64,000 bases of DNA from Clostridiales bacterium (GTDB lineage: Bacteria; Bacillota; Clostridia; Lachnospirales; CAG-274). The number at the start of each line of letters is the position of its first letter. Positions within the stretch are counted from its first letter, which is position 1. The DNA lies in NCBI GenBank assembly GCA_018371275.1, contig JAHALF010000003.1, forward strand, positions 97,455-161,454, given 5' to 3'. The notes under the pieces were generated by a model, which saw only the letters and a list, made by a program, of their open reading frames with translations, was not told the DNA's origin and did no database searches. Below, in pieces: positions 28,018 through 37,885 of this stretch. The translations under genes and the position numbers were made by a program.

Positions 28018-31000
28018 TTACTTAAATTCTACATTTAAGTTTTTTTGGTCTCCTTGAAGAACTATTGTTGGTAGGCTTTCATCAGTAGGCATAGTAATCC
28101 AAGCTGTATCACTTGTTAAACGTTCTTTAGTAAATGAGCCATCATCATTAAATGTACCTTGCCACATTTGTGCCATAATTTCTGTTGGTAAATCACTTAT
28201 ACTTTCGTGTCCTTTATCTGAACTCTCACCTTGTATTTGTGGTACAAATATAAATATACCTTCAGCTGTGGAAGATGTAATAGTACCATTTTCATCTACA
28301 GTATCAAACATAAGAGTATAACCACCAACTGGTCTTTCTTCTGTTTTAGGTTGTTCATTTAGTGAATTTTCTGTTGAATATATACCTTTAACATAAATGT
28401 TGCTTAAAATAGAGTTTCCTCTATATTTACCTACAATAACTAATGAGTCTTTAGGTATAACATCATCTGTACCTTCTCCATATTTGTAATCAGCAGATAA
28501 TCTACCAATTCCCATTTCCATAAATTCTACATTATCTCCAGGATAAGATAAAAACTCTACATTGTATTTACTAAAATCAAAGTTTTCTAATTTTAACCTA
28601 TTAACATCATAAGCCCATATTTTATCTTCAGAAGAATTTGGTTTATTAAAGTAGTTAATATATGTATTAGACTCAGTTGCAAAGTTATTTGCAAAATTGC
28701 CATCTTTAGCTAATATAAACCCATCATTAGTAGTTTGTGAAGATGTAGGAGCTATATTATCAACAACATCAGCATAGACTTTATATTTGCCTGTTGGCAT
28801 TTGTTCATTACCTTTAGGTGTAACTTTAATACCAGTAACAATAGTTGGCTCAGTAAATGTTACAATACCTGTTTTTTCATCAATTGTATATAAAGATTTT
28901 TCTATTGTGTTATCATAAGATATTCTAACTTGGCCTATTTCTTTTTGTGGACTAATATTACCTAAAACATCTATCGGTTTAATAGCATATGTAAATGTTA
29001 AGTTATTAGCAGAACCTATATAATCTGTATAAGTATTTGTTGTAGTAAATCCAATAGGTTTAAACTCTTTATCACCACTGCCTTTTCTTAATATTTCATA
29101 TCCTTGAACATTATCACTTTGGCTAGTTATTGTAATAAGTACTTCTTTTGCTTTATCATTTTCACTATCTTGTGATTGTTGAAGTTTTGCATTTGCCTCT
29201 ACATTAATATTTTTATTACCAGGGTTGTTATTTAATCTTTGTCTTCTAGATTCATCATTAAGATAATATATAGCTCTGTCTTCTTTAGGAAGTTTACCAA
29301 TCTCTGTTTTAGCTTGTTCAGATAAATCTACGCCCCATCTTGTAAAGAACTCTGTTAAGTCTTTATTTGCTATTTTACTAGCTGCAATGGCAAAATTATT
29401 TATATCTCCAAGATTTTGTCCTTTATATTGTTTATGAAGTTCATTATAAAACTTAAATGGATTATTTGCATCATCATAAGCTAAATGAAGTTGCCAGTAC
29501 ATAGCAAGATGTGTAAATACATCGTTAGGTACACCTTCTTTACCATCAGAAGCTTTTTTAAATGCTTTTTCATAAACATTGCTAAGCTCTAATCTAGATT
29601 TTAATATATTTGTTTTTCCATCATAAGTTTGCCCCATTAATGAATAAATATTGTTAGTAATTTCAGCTTTACCTAATTTATCCATAACGTGACCTATTTC
29701 GTGAGCTATTCCCCAACCAAATAAATTATTTTGTTCTTGTCCTTGAATTATATCTGTTGTAGGTTTTCCATTCATTAGACCAGAAGCAGAACCATATGGT
29801 ATACCAATATGATTTCCAGCAGCATACATAAATGCACCAGAGAACATTTTCATATAACGTATATTATTTCTAGTTTGTAGGCTATTGTTTTTATGGTCAT
29901 CTATGCCATGAGTTTTATACATAACACCCATAAGTTCTTCCCAAGACTGTACATTTTTATACATTTTTTCAACTTTTTCTTCTTGTGTTGATACACCTTC
30001 ATTTATACCATCTAAAACTTTTGTAGCAGGTAGTGATAATAAAACATTAGGTAAAGATATTTCTGTATGATTAAGATTTTGTATTTCTTTATTTCCTGGT
30101 AAATTATATGGGTTATATTCTGTAAGTTCTGTTATAAAATTACGTATTCTTTCTTTAGCCTCAGTTTCACTAATTTTGTGGAAATCATTAAGTTCAAGAT
30201 AAGGTATTTTATGACCTCCTATTATTTGCAATTTAATATCAGAAGCCCTGTTTCCACTATATGTTAAATATAATGAACCACCTCTATCAGTATTAACATT
30301 ACCTATTTTAGGGATAGTTATAATATTTCTACCATTTTTTAAAGGTATAGGAGAGCTAGAAAGTGAATTTGCTTGTTCAAAAAATTGTGTAGGAACAAGA
30401 GAAACTACTTCGCCTTCTGGTATATCAGCATATATAGTAACTTTTTCATTAGCAAGGCCTACAATACCTAATGGTTGCCAGTCATTTATTGCTTTACCAA
30501 ATTTTTGGTTATCAACTTGAGGATTTATAGAATATAAATTATTTTTTATAATTCCTAAATTGTCTGTGTTTTTATTTAATAATGAATCTGCTATTTCAAG
30601 TTCTTTTAATAAAATATTTTTATCAACAACAAAACCTTCTGTGCTAGTTACTTCGGCTTTAAGATTATTTATTTGATCTTGAGTAACATTAGATTTTAGT
30701 TCTGTTCTTGAGCTATTAGCAAAAAGATCAGCTACTCTATCTGCTATATCATTATATTCATAAAATACTACTTCTGAAGCATTTACACGTATTTGACCTG
30801 GTGTTTCATTTAATTTTACTGAAATCTTTTTAATATTTTCTGTTTTAGGAAAAGTAAGAGCATAATATCTATTGTCTTCAAAGCGTTCAGTTATTTTTAC
30901 ATCATTAGCTACAACCGTACCTTGTCCATCTATATTATCTTCTGTCCATACTTTTATAGTATATGAATCATTGGCATTTTTGTAGTTACCATCTAATCTA

Positions 31001-32925
31001 GGTACCCATATTAAATAATCCATAGTTTTAGGTTCTTTAAAAGTAAATATAAATGTATTAGTTTCCCAATATTTTCTTGCAACCCAGTTAGTATAGAAGT
31101 TTTCATCTATTAACCATTTAGGGTCAAATCCATTTGGATATAAACCAGGGTCTACATTATCTTTATGTCCCATTTGTATATCTAATATATTATCATTGGA
31201 TATTTTATTTTTTGTAGGTAATGTAGGTATAATTATTTCTTCTTTTTTTGGTGTTGCTTGTACAGGCTCTGAAAATCCACTTTCTCCTACGCTATTTTGA
31301 GATGTAACATAAACTGTATATTCTATATCATTTGTAAGATTAGTTAATTTATAATTTGTATTAGTTATTCCGCTTTCAACTTTTTTAGGAGAAGAGTCTT
31401 TTTCTGTTTTTACATATACATTATATGTTTTAGCATTTTTTGCAGGTTTCCAGCTAAGAGATATAGTGCTATCACCAGCTGTACCAGTTACAAAGTCTGG
31501 TCTTTCTGGAGCGCTTTCTGGTTGAGGTGTAGCTGAAATAACACTAGATTTATTACCTTCCCAACTACCAGATGTAGCACTTATGCTAAAATAATATGTT
31601 TCAAGATTTTTAAGATCAGATATTGTAATGCTTGTAACATCTGTTGTTATAATATTATCTAAGTTGTTAGCATCTTTACCATAATATACTTTATAGCCAG
31701 TAACATTAGGAACAGCTCTCCAAGATAAAGTAACTTGACTATCACCAGCCTCGGCTTTAATATTTTTTACAGTATTATCTTGTACTATATCTTCATTAAC
31801 AACATCACCTAAAATTTTAACTTCTTCTACTTCTACATAACTACCATCTTTGTTTGGTTTTACATTGATAGTTATCTTTTTAACTGGTTTTCTCGAACCA
31901 AGATTAACAACAACAACCTTTTCTTCATTTTCTTTTGTTCTAGCAAGATTTTGGTCAGATGTTATATCAGAGTCATTTTTAGCAAGCCCTAACATACTAG
32001 AGTTTTGATTAGATGTTGATATAACAGAGCCGCTTTCGTCATATAAAACAATTTCAGCATTTTCAGCTCCAGTTGGAATTTTAACCTCAACACTAGACAT
32101 TTCTTGTGGAGTATTAAATTCTAAAGGAATAGATATATTATCTTGTGAATTTTTAGGTTTAAAAGAAATACTGCTATTACCAGTAAAAAGATTTTCTAAA
32201 TTACCATTTATCTCTTCTATATTGTTAGTATCATTATTAGTAATGTTACTAAATGCGTCATTATCTATATTGGAAATAACTTTAGACTTAACTATTTCTG
32301 TATCAAAGATTTCAGCAGAACTAGATTCTACCATATTTGAATTAACGATAGATATATCAGATACTGTTATTTTTCCATCATTATTAAGGTCATACTCTGT
32401 ATTTTCTGCATTAAGATTATCTTCTAATAGCTTTCTATCAGAAGTATCTACTTTGTTATCTTTGTTTACATCACCTAAAATCATATTTGTAGCTGTGCTA
32501 ACATTTACTCTTTTAGAATAATTGCTAGTGCTTAAATTTACAATAGTTGTTACATAATTTTTACCTTCTAATTTAAGGTTGTAACCATCTTCAGCAGTTA
32601 ATCCACTTATTTTAAATTTTAAAACTGTAACTTTGTTATTTTCTATTGTAGTTTCAGATGTAACATTATAGCCATTAATATCAATAGACTGACTAGAATT
32701 TGTTAAAAAGTCACTTAAATTTATATTTAAAGTTTCAGGACCAGTTAAAGTAGCTGTTAAATTTTTTGATTTTAAACTTTCTATAGTTTCTGGATATTTA
32801 AATCCTATAGCAGTTTCTATGTATGTTTTATCATCATTTGATGAAATGCTATTAGCAAAAGCAGGTGTTATAGCGCTTAATGCTAATGTTGAAGACAAAC
32901 CTAAAGTTAAAAGTTTTTTCTTCAT
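28018..32925 (-). CDS. Secreted multidomain M60-like (enhancin-type) zinc metallopeptidase with an N-proximal dockerin, two Fn3 domains and a CBM32/F5-8-like domain
   Basis: Signal peptide. Dockerin calcium-binding repeats DVNKDNKVDTSD and DLNNDGKITVSD (about nt 32341-32481). Two Fn3 domains (TLSWRAVPNVTGYKVYYG; ISLSWKPAKNAKTYNVYV). GWGIAHEIGHVMD zinc site (about nt 29685-29705). 1,635 aa. Confidence 0.75.
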   Translation of the reverse strand: MKKKLLTLGLSSTLALSAITPAFANSISSNDDKTYIETAIGFKYPETIESLKSKNLTATLTGPETLNINLSDFLTNSSQSIDINGYNVTSETTIENNKVTVLKFKISGLTAEDGYNLKLEGKNYVTTIVNLSTSNYSKRVNVSTATNMILGDVNKDNKVDTSDRKLLEDNLNAENTEYDLNNDGKITVSDISIVNSNMVESSSAEIFDTEIVKSKVISNIDNDAFSNITNNDTNNIEEINGNLENLFTGNSSISFKPKNSQDNISIPLEFNTPQEMSSVEVKIPTGAENAEIVLYDESGSVISTSNQNSSMLGLAKNDSDITSDQNLARTKENEEKVVVVNLGSRKPVKKITINVKPNKDGSYVEVEEVKILGDVVNEDIVQDNTVKNIKAEAGDSQVTLSWRAVPNVTGYKVYYGKDANNLDNIITTDVTSITISDLKNLETYYFSISATSGSWEGNKSSVISATPQPESAPERPDFVTGTAGDSTISLSWKPAKNAKTYNVYVKTEKDSSPKKVESGITNTNYKLTNLTNDIEYTVYVTSQNSVGESGFSEPVQATPKKEEIIIPTLPTKNKISNDNILDIQMGHKDNVDPGLYPNGFDPKWLIDENFYTNWVARKYWETNTFIFTFKEPKTMDYLIWVPRLDGNYKNANDSYTIKVWTEDNIDGQGTVVANDVKITERFEDNRYYALTFPKTENIKKISVKLNETPGQIRVNASEVVFYEYNDIADRVADLFANSSRTELKSNVTQDQINNLKAEVTSTEGFVVDKNILLKELEIADSLLNKNTDNLGIIKNNLYSINPQVDNQKFGKAINDWQPLGIVGLANEKVTIYADIPEGEVVSLVPTQFFEQANSLSSSPIPLKNGRNIITIPKIGNVNTDRGGSLYLTYSGNRASDIKLQIIGGHKIPYLELNDFHKISETEAKERIRNFITELTEYNPYNLPGNKEIQNLNHTEISLPNVLLSLPATKVLDGINEGVSTQEEKVEKMYKNVQSWEELMGVMYKTHGIDDHKNNSLQTRNNIRYMKMFSGAFMYAAGNHIGIPYGSASGLMNGKPTTDIIQGQEQNNLFGWGIAHEIGHVMDKLGKAEITNNIYSLMGQTYDGKTNILKSRLELSNVYEKAFKKASDGKEGVPNDVFTHLAMYWQLHLAYDDANNPFKFYNELHKQYKGQNLGDINNFAIAASKIANKDLTEFFTRWGVDLSEQAKTEIGKLPKEDRAIYYLNDESRRQRLNNNPGNKNINVEANAKLQQSQDSENDKAKEVLITITSQSDNVQGYEILRKGSGDKEFKPIGFTTTNTYTDYIGSANNLTFTYAIKPIDVLGNISPQKEIGQVRISYDNTIEKSLYTIDEKTGIVTFTEPTIVTGIKVTPKGNEQMPTGKYKVYADVVDNIAPTSSQTTNDGFILAKDGNFANNFATESNTYINYFNKPNSSEDKIWAYDVNRLKLENFDFSKYNVEFLSYPGDNVEFMEMGIGRLSADYKYGEGTDDVIPKDSLVIVGKYRGNSILSNIYVKGIYSTENSLNEQPKTEERPVGGYTLMFDTVDENGTITSSTAEGIFIFVPQIQGESSDKGHESISDLPTEIMAQMWQGTFNDDGSFTKERLTSDTAWITMPTDESLPTIVLQGDQKNLNVEFK

Positions 32926-33021
32926 AAAATATATACCTCCTCAATAATAAAAATTATTTATTAATTAAAATAAATATTAAATTGTAAAATTTATCTAAAA
33001 TATTATATCATAAACAAGTAA

Positions 33022-33054
33022 AAAAGTCTATAAATTTGATAAAATATAGACTTT
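33022..33054. promoter_or_regulatory. Perfect 11-bp inverted repeat (AAAAGTCTATA-N11-TATAGACTTTT) overlapping the putative promoter of the M60 gene
   Basis: Lies about 100 nt upstream of the start at 32925; one arm overlaps a TAGACT-17-TATAAT promoter-like element on the minus strand. Confidence 0.45.
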
Positions 33055-33077
33055 TAATAATTATAAAATTTTATAAT

Positions 33078-33959
33078 TTATTCTAAAGGTGCTTGATAAA
33101 ATCTTCCATAAAATTGTTCTGTTTTAAAGCTGTTAATAATAATATATGGATCTACCATTTTCATTGTTTCAACAATATCTGGAACTTCATAAGAAGATAC
33201 AACAGTGTGAATAACAGTAACACTTTTTTTACTATATCCACCAATAGCATCTACACAAGATAAACCGTGTCTAAAATTTCTTATATAAGCATCTACAACA
33301 ATATTAGGCTTAGATGTAGTCATTTGTAATGTAACCCTTACATATCTCTGATGGAATGTAGATATAGTTTTAGTTGTAACATACTGGAATAAAATAGAAT
33401 AACCAGCTTCAGTCCAACCAAATAAAATTCCAAATATACATAAGAGAATTACATTAAATATAAACACATAGTTCCAAATTGATTTACCTTTTTTATTAGA
33501 TACATATAATGCTATAAAGTCTGTACCACCAGTAGAGGCACGTCCTTTTAATGCTAAAACGATACATATACCATATAAAAATCCACCAAATATAACATTT
33601 AGTATAGCATCATTTGTTCCAAAAAAAGGTTTAAAATTTAAAATGTCTAAAAATGTACTACTAAAAAATACTTGTAGCAAAGAATAAAATACAAATCGTT
33701 TACTAATAGATTTAAAACATAAAATTGCAACTGGTAAATTTAAAGCTATTAATAAAAATGAAATGGATATGGAGTGCCCAAAAAATGCTGTTGATATTTT
33801 ATCTATTAATAGAGCAATCCCCGTAAATCCACTTGATAATAATCCTGCTGGTTGTATAAATGCTTGTATTACAAAAGTTTGTAATATTGATGATATTATT
33901 ACAGCAATTATAGAAATTATATGTGCCATTGTTTTGTTATTTTTAATATGTTTATCCAT
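33078..33959 (-). CDS. YitT-family (DUF161/DUF2179) membrane protein
   Basis: Polytopic N-terminus plus a C-terminal soluble DUF2179-like domain; 293 aa. Confidence 0.65.
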   Translation of the reverse strand: MDKHIKNNKTMAHIISIIAVIISSILQTFVIQAFIQPAGLLSSGFTGIALLIDKISTAFFGHSISISFLLIALNLPVAILCFKSISKRFVFYSLLQVFFSSTFLDILNFKPFFGTNDAILNVIFGGFLYGICIVLALKGRASTGGTDFIALYVSNKKGKSIWNYVFIFNVILLCIFGILFGWTEAGYSILFQYVTTKTISTFHQRYVRVTLQMTTSKPNIVVDAYIRNFRHGLSCVDAIGGYSKKSVTVIHTVVSSYEVPDIVETMKMVDPYIIINSFKTEQFYGRFYQAPLE

Positions 33960-33986
33960 TTTATATCACACTTTTAAGCTCCTATT

Positions 33987-34511
33987 TTAGTTGTTATATA
34001 AATCTTCCATTTTTATTTCGTGCCTATTTTTGTAAACTCTTTCTAGTTCTTGAGAAAGGCGTTCTTCCATATTTTTTGTTATATATGTAATTTCCTTTAA
34101 AGAGTCTTGTAAGATTTTTTCTACATCTAAAAGACAGCTATCTGCATAATTTATAGCACCATCTCTCATTTCTGTAACGTATTCTTTCATTTCTTTTCTT
34201 TTGTTTTCTTCCATTAATTTTGCCATTTTAGTTATGTTATGTTCACTAACCATAGCCTGTGCGTCTTCTTCTGCCATTTTAATTATTTTATTTGCCTCTA
34301 AATTAGCATCTTGTAATATTTTGTCTGCATTATCAATTATTTTTTTAGCTTCTTTTAATTCTCTAGGTAAATTATATCTAATATCTTCTAAAATGTTAAA
34401 GGCTTCGTCTTTATCAATGCCTCTACCACCAAAAATACTTCCACTTTTGCTTTCGCTTATTAAGTTAAATAATTCATCTATTAAATCATCTACTTTAGTA
34501 TATTCTTGCAT
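33987..34511 (-). CDS. Hypothetical charged coiled-coil protein, operonic with coaD
   Basis: Highly charged alpha-helical sequence with no TM segment; 2-nt gap after the coaD stop. Confidence 0.4.
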   Translation of the reverse strand: MQEYTKVDDLIDELFNLISESKSGSIFGGRGIDKDEAFNILEDIRYNLPRELKEAKKIIDNADKILQDANLEANKIIKMAEEDAQAMVSEHNITKMAKLMEENKRKEMKEYVTEMRDGAINYADSCLLDVEKILQDSLKEITYITKNMEERLSQELERVYKNRHEIKMEDLYNN

Positions 34512-34512
34512 A

Positions 34513-34998
34513 TTAATATCCTCCTTTACTAACTTTTTTTTCTAATCTATATTTTACGCTTTTGGGAACCATATCATCATATTTTCCACCGAATATAGCA
34601 ATTTCTTTAACAACACTAGAACTTAACCAAAGATTTTGTGTGTCTGTTGGCATAAAAAGTGTTTCAATTTCTTTATTTAAAGTTTTGTTAGTAAGAGCTA
34701 TTTGAAATTCGTATTCAAAATCTGTTAAGGCTCGTAAGCCTCTTATTACTATTTTACAGTCCATTTCTTTACAAAAATCTACTAGTAAGCCAGAAAAACT
34801 AGCTACTTTTACATTTGGCATATCTTTAGTAAGCTCTTCTAACATTTCTATTTTTTCTTTAGTAGAAAACATAGGCTTTTTTGAAGGATTATTTAAAACG
34901 GCTACAATAAGAATATCAGCTAGTTTACTAGCTCTAGTTATTATATCTAAATGACCATTTGTAGGTGGGTCAAAACTGCCAGGGTAAACTGCTTTCAA
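34513..34998 (-). CDS. coaD: Phosphopantetheine adenylyltransferase
   Basis: AVYPGSFDPPTNGHLDII motif; 161 aa. Confidence 0.9.
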   Translation of the reverse strand: MKAVYPGSFDPPTNGHLDIITRASKLADILIVAVLNNPSKKPMFSTKEKIEMLEELTKDMPNVKVASFSGLLVDFCKEMDCKIVIRGLRALTDFEYEFQIALTNKTLNKEIETLFMPTDTQNLWLSSSVVKEIAIFGGKYDDMVPKSVKYRLEKKVSKGGY

Positions 34999-35018
34999 AA
35001 AATAACCTCCTTTTTAAA

Positions 35019-35570
35019 TTAATTTTTATACTCTAAAAAAACCATTTTTGTTATTTTATACTCTTTAGTCCTATATGTATATAGTTTATCTAAATTTATT
35101 TCAGGTTCATTTATATGTTGTTCACAAATAATAAATCCATCATCTTTTAACAAATCAAGTTGTTCTATCTTTTTTAATGTAGGTAACAATAAGCCTTTAT
35201 TATATGGTGGGTCTAAAAATATTATATCAAATTTTTGGGTTTTTTTAGATAGGGTGTCTATAGCATTTAATACATCTAAATTATATACGGTAGATTTTTG
35301 CTCTAGTTTTGATAAAGATATATTTTGTTTTATTATATTTATACTATCTCTATTAAAATCTACAAATGTAGCATCTTTTGCACCTCTTGATAATGCTTCA
35401 ATACCTATTGAACCACTACCACTAAATAAATCTAAAAAAGAACAGTCATATATATAAGGTGAAATTATGTTAAATAAAGATTCTTTTATTCTATCAGCAG
35501 TGGGTCTTGTATTTAACCCTTCTGGAGATTTTAGCTTAAGGCCTCTAGCAGAGCCAGAAATAACTCTCAT
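35019..35570 (-). CDS. rsmD: 16S rRNA (guanine966-N2)-methyltransferase
   Basis: DLFSGSGSIGIEALSRGA and DPPY motifs; 183 aa. Confidence 0.85.
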   Translation of the reverse strand: MRVISGSARGLKLKSPEGLNTRPTADRIKESLFNIISPYIYDCSFLDLFSGSGSIGIEALSRGAKDATFVDFNRDSINIIKQNISLSKLEQKSTVYNLDVLNAIDTLSKKTQKFDIIFLDPPYNKGLLLPTLKKIEQLDLLKDDGFIICEQHINEPEINLDKLYTYRTKEYKITKMVFLEYKN

Positions 35571-35744
35571 AAAAAATTCCCTTTCAAAAAATTTTAAATA
35601 ATAGTTTGATATTTAAATCATTATGTTTAATTATAACTAATTTTTATATATTAGTAAAGTAAAAGTTAATAAAAATATAGACAATTTTTATTAAAAATAG
35701 ACAAAAAAATAAAATATTATAAATGTTTATTTATGTTAATATTG

Positions 35745-37799
35745 CTATAATGAAACAGTATTATCCATATTATTAAAAAATTGGCTAATTTTTTCTTTTA
35801 AAAGTTTATTTACATTACTTGTAAGGAGTGGGTCTTTTTTATATAGATTAATAGATGATTTTTGTACTTGTTTTAATATTTCTATATCTTTATATAGATT
35901 AGCTATTTTCATATCTGGTATGCCGTGTTGTCTTGTACCAAAAAAGTCGCCAGTACCTCTAATTTCTAAGTCTTTTTCACTTAAAATAAATCCATCACTA
36001 TATTTTACCATAGTGTTTAATCTTTCCTTTGACTTATTACTTTTGCTATCACTTACTAATACACAATAAGATTTATCACTACCACGTCCAACACGACCTC
36101 TAAGCTGATGTAGTTGTGATATACCAAATCTTTCAGCGTTTTCTATAATCATTATTGTTGCATTAGGAACATTTATGCCAACTTCTATAACAGTTGTAGA
36201 TATTAAAATATCTATTTCACCTTTGTAAAATTTATCCATTATTTCTTGTTTTTCATTGTTTTTCATTTTTCCGTGTATACATTCTACACTATAATTTAAA
36301 AATATTTCGGTTTTCAATTTTTCTGTGTATGATAAAACAGCTTTAAGCTCCATTTTTTCATTTTCTTCTATCATAGGGCATATAATATAAGACTGTCTCT
36401 TTTCATCTGAATTTTTTTTAAGAAAATTATATATTCTAGGGTAATATGTGGAATTTACAAATATAGTATCTATTTTTTTTCTTCCTGGGGGTAACTTATC
36501 TATTGTAGATATATCTAAATCACCATATAAAATAAGGGCTAGTGTTCTTGGAATAGGGGTTGCTGTCATAACAAGTGTATGAGGGTTTTCTCCTTTTTTT
36601 GATAAAATTTCTCTTTGTTTAACACCAAATCTATGTTGTTCGTCTGTTATAACAGTGCCTAAATTATTAAATATAACTTTATCTTGTATAATAGCGTGAG
36701 TTCCAACTATAATTTTAGCTTCTCCAGATTGTATAAGAGCATAATTTTCTCTTTTTTCTTTAGCTTTTTGGTTACCAGATAAAAATACACATTTAATATT
36801 TAATTTTTCAAATATATTTTTAAAACTTTCAAAATGTTGGCTGGCCAATACATCTGTTGGAGCCATTATAGCTACTTGGTATCCATTATTTACTGTTATA
36901 TATGAAAGTATTTGTGCTATAACAGTTTTACCAGAGCCAACATCTCCTTGTATAAGCCTATTCATAGCTTTATTTTTACCTAAGTCGTCTATTATGTCTT
37001 TTAGCACATTATTTTGAGCATCTGTAAGGTTAAAGGGTAATATATTTAAAATAGGAGCAATATTTTTATCTTTTATGTTTATATTACATTTTTTATGTTC
37101 TAAAATACCTTTTATTTGCAAAAGCTTTGTTTGTAATAAAAAAAGTTCTTCAAAAACTAATCTTCTTCGTGCTATAAAAAAGCTTTTATTGTCTTTTGGA
37201 AAATGTATATTTTCTATTGCAAAATGCCTAGAGCAAAGGTTGTTTTCTTTTAATATTTCATCTGGCAAAAATTCTTTTATTTGGTCTTTAACAGCAAATA
37301 ATGTTTGATTTATTACTTCTCTAAAAAGTTTTTGTGGAAGTTTATATGTAGATGCATATATAGGCACTATACGCCCGTTAGATAATAGCTCTCTTTCATC
37401 TATTATTTCATAATCTGGTGTTTCCATTTGTATTCTACCATATTTTTGTATTACTTTTCCAGTAAATATATAGTCAGATTTATATTTAATAGTATTTTTT
37501 AAATAAGGTTGGTTAAACCAAACAATTTCTAAAAAACCAGTACCATCATCTATACGTATTTTTGTGATAGATACATGTCTAATTTTTGCTGTTTCTGGGT
37601 TAGATATAACTTTACCTTTTACAGTGTTTATTTTATTAAGCTCTATATCTTTTATTTTGCAAACATTACTTCTATCATCATAATCTCTTGGGAAGTATTC
37701 TATAAGGTCATTTATTGTAAATATTCCTAGCTTTTGTAATTTTTTAGAGCGTTCTTCCCCAATGTTTTTTATAGTTATAATATTATCAGATAGTAACAT
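35745..37799 (-). CDS. recG: ATP-dependent DNA helicase RecG
   Basis: Wedge domain plus DEAD-like helicase motifs (GDVGSGKT, DEQHRFG); 684 aa. Confidence 0.9.
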   Translation of the reverse strand: MLLSDNIITIKNIGEERSKKLQKLGIFTINDLIEYFPRDYDDRSNVCKIKDIELNKINTVKGKVISNPETAKIRHVSITKIRIDDGTGFLEIVWFNQPYLKNTIKYKSDYIFTGKVIQKYGRIQMETPDYEIIDERELLSNGRIVPIYASTYKLPQKLFREVINQTLFAVKDQIKEFLPDEILKENNLCSRHFAIENIHFPKDNKSFFIARRRLVFEELFLLQTKLLQIKGILEHKKCNINIKDKNIAPILNILPFNLTDAQNNVLKDIIDDLGKNKAMNRLIQGDVGSGKTVIAQILSYITVNNGYQVAIMAPTDVLASQHFESFKNIFEKLNIKCVFLSGNQKAKEKRENYALIQSGEAKIIVGTHAIIQDKVIFNNLGTVITDEQHRFGVKQREILSKKGENPHTLVMTATPIPRTLALILYGDLDISTIDKLPPGRKKIDTIFVNSTYYPRIYNFLKKNSDEKRQSYIICPMIEENEKMELKAVLSYTEKLKTEIFLNYSVECIHGKMKNNEKQEIMDKFYKGEIDILISTTVIEVGINVPNATIMIIENAERFGISQLHQLRGRVGRGSDKSYCVLVSDSKSNKSKERLNTMVKYSDGFILSEKDLEIRGTGDFFGTRQHGIPDMKIANLYKDIEILKQVQKSSINLYKKDPLLTSNVNKLLKEKISQFFNNMDNTVSL

Positions 37800-37885
37800 T
37801 TTAACCTCCTTAAATTTATAAAAGGAGCTATATAGCTCCTTTTATAAATAATTATATAATTAAAGTATCAAAAAATTTATTAGTT

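Noticed and set aside
35571-35744. Direct repeats of ATAGACAA in the recG-rsmD intergenic region, possibly matching the half-site of the 33022-33054 palindrome
   Set aside because: They are short, AT-rich and not arranged as a dyad, so they may be chance. Mentioned only as supporting context.
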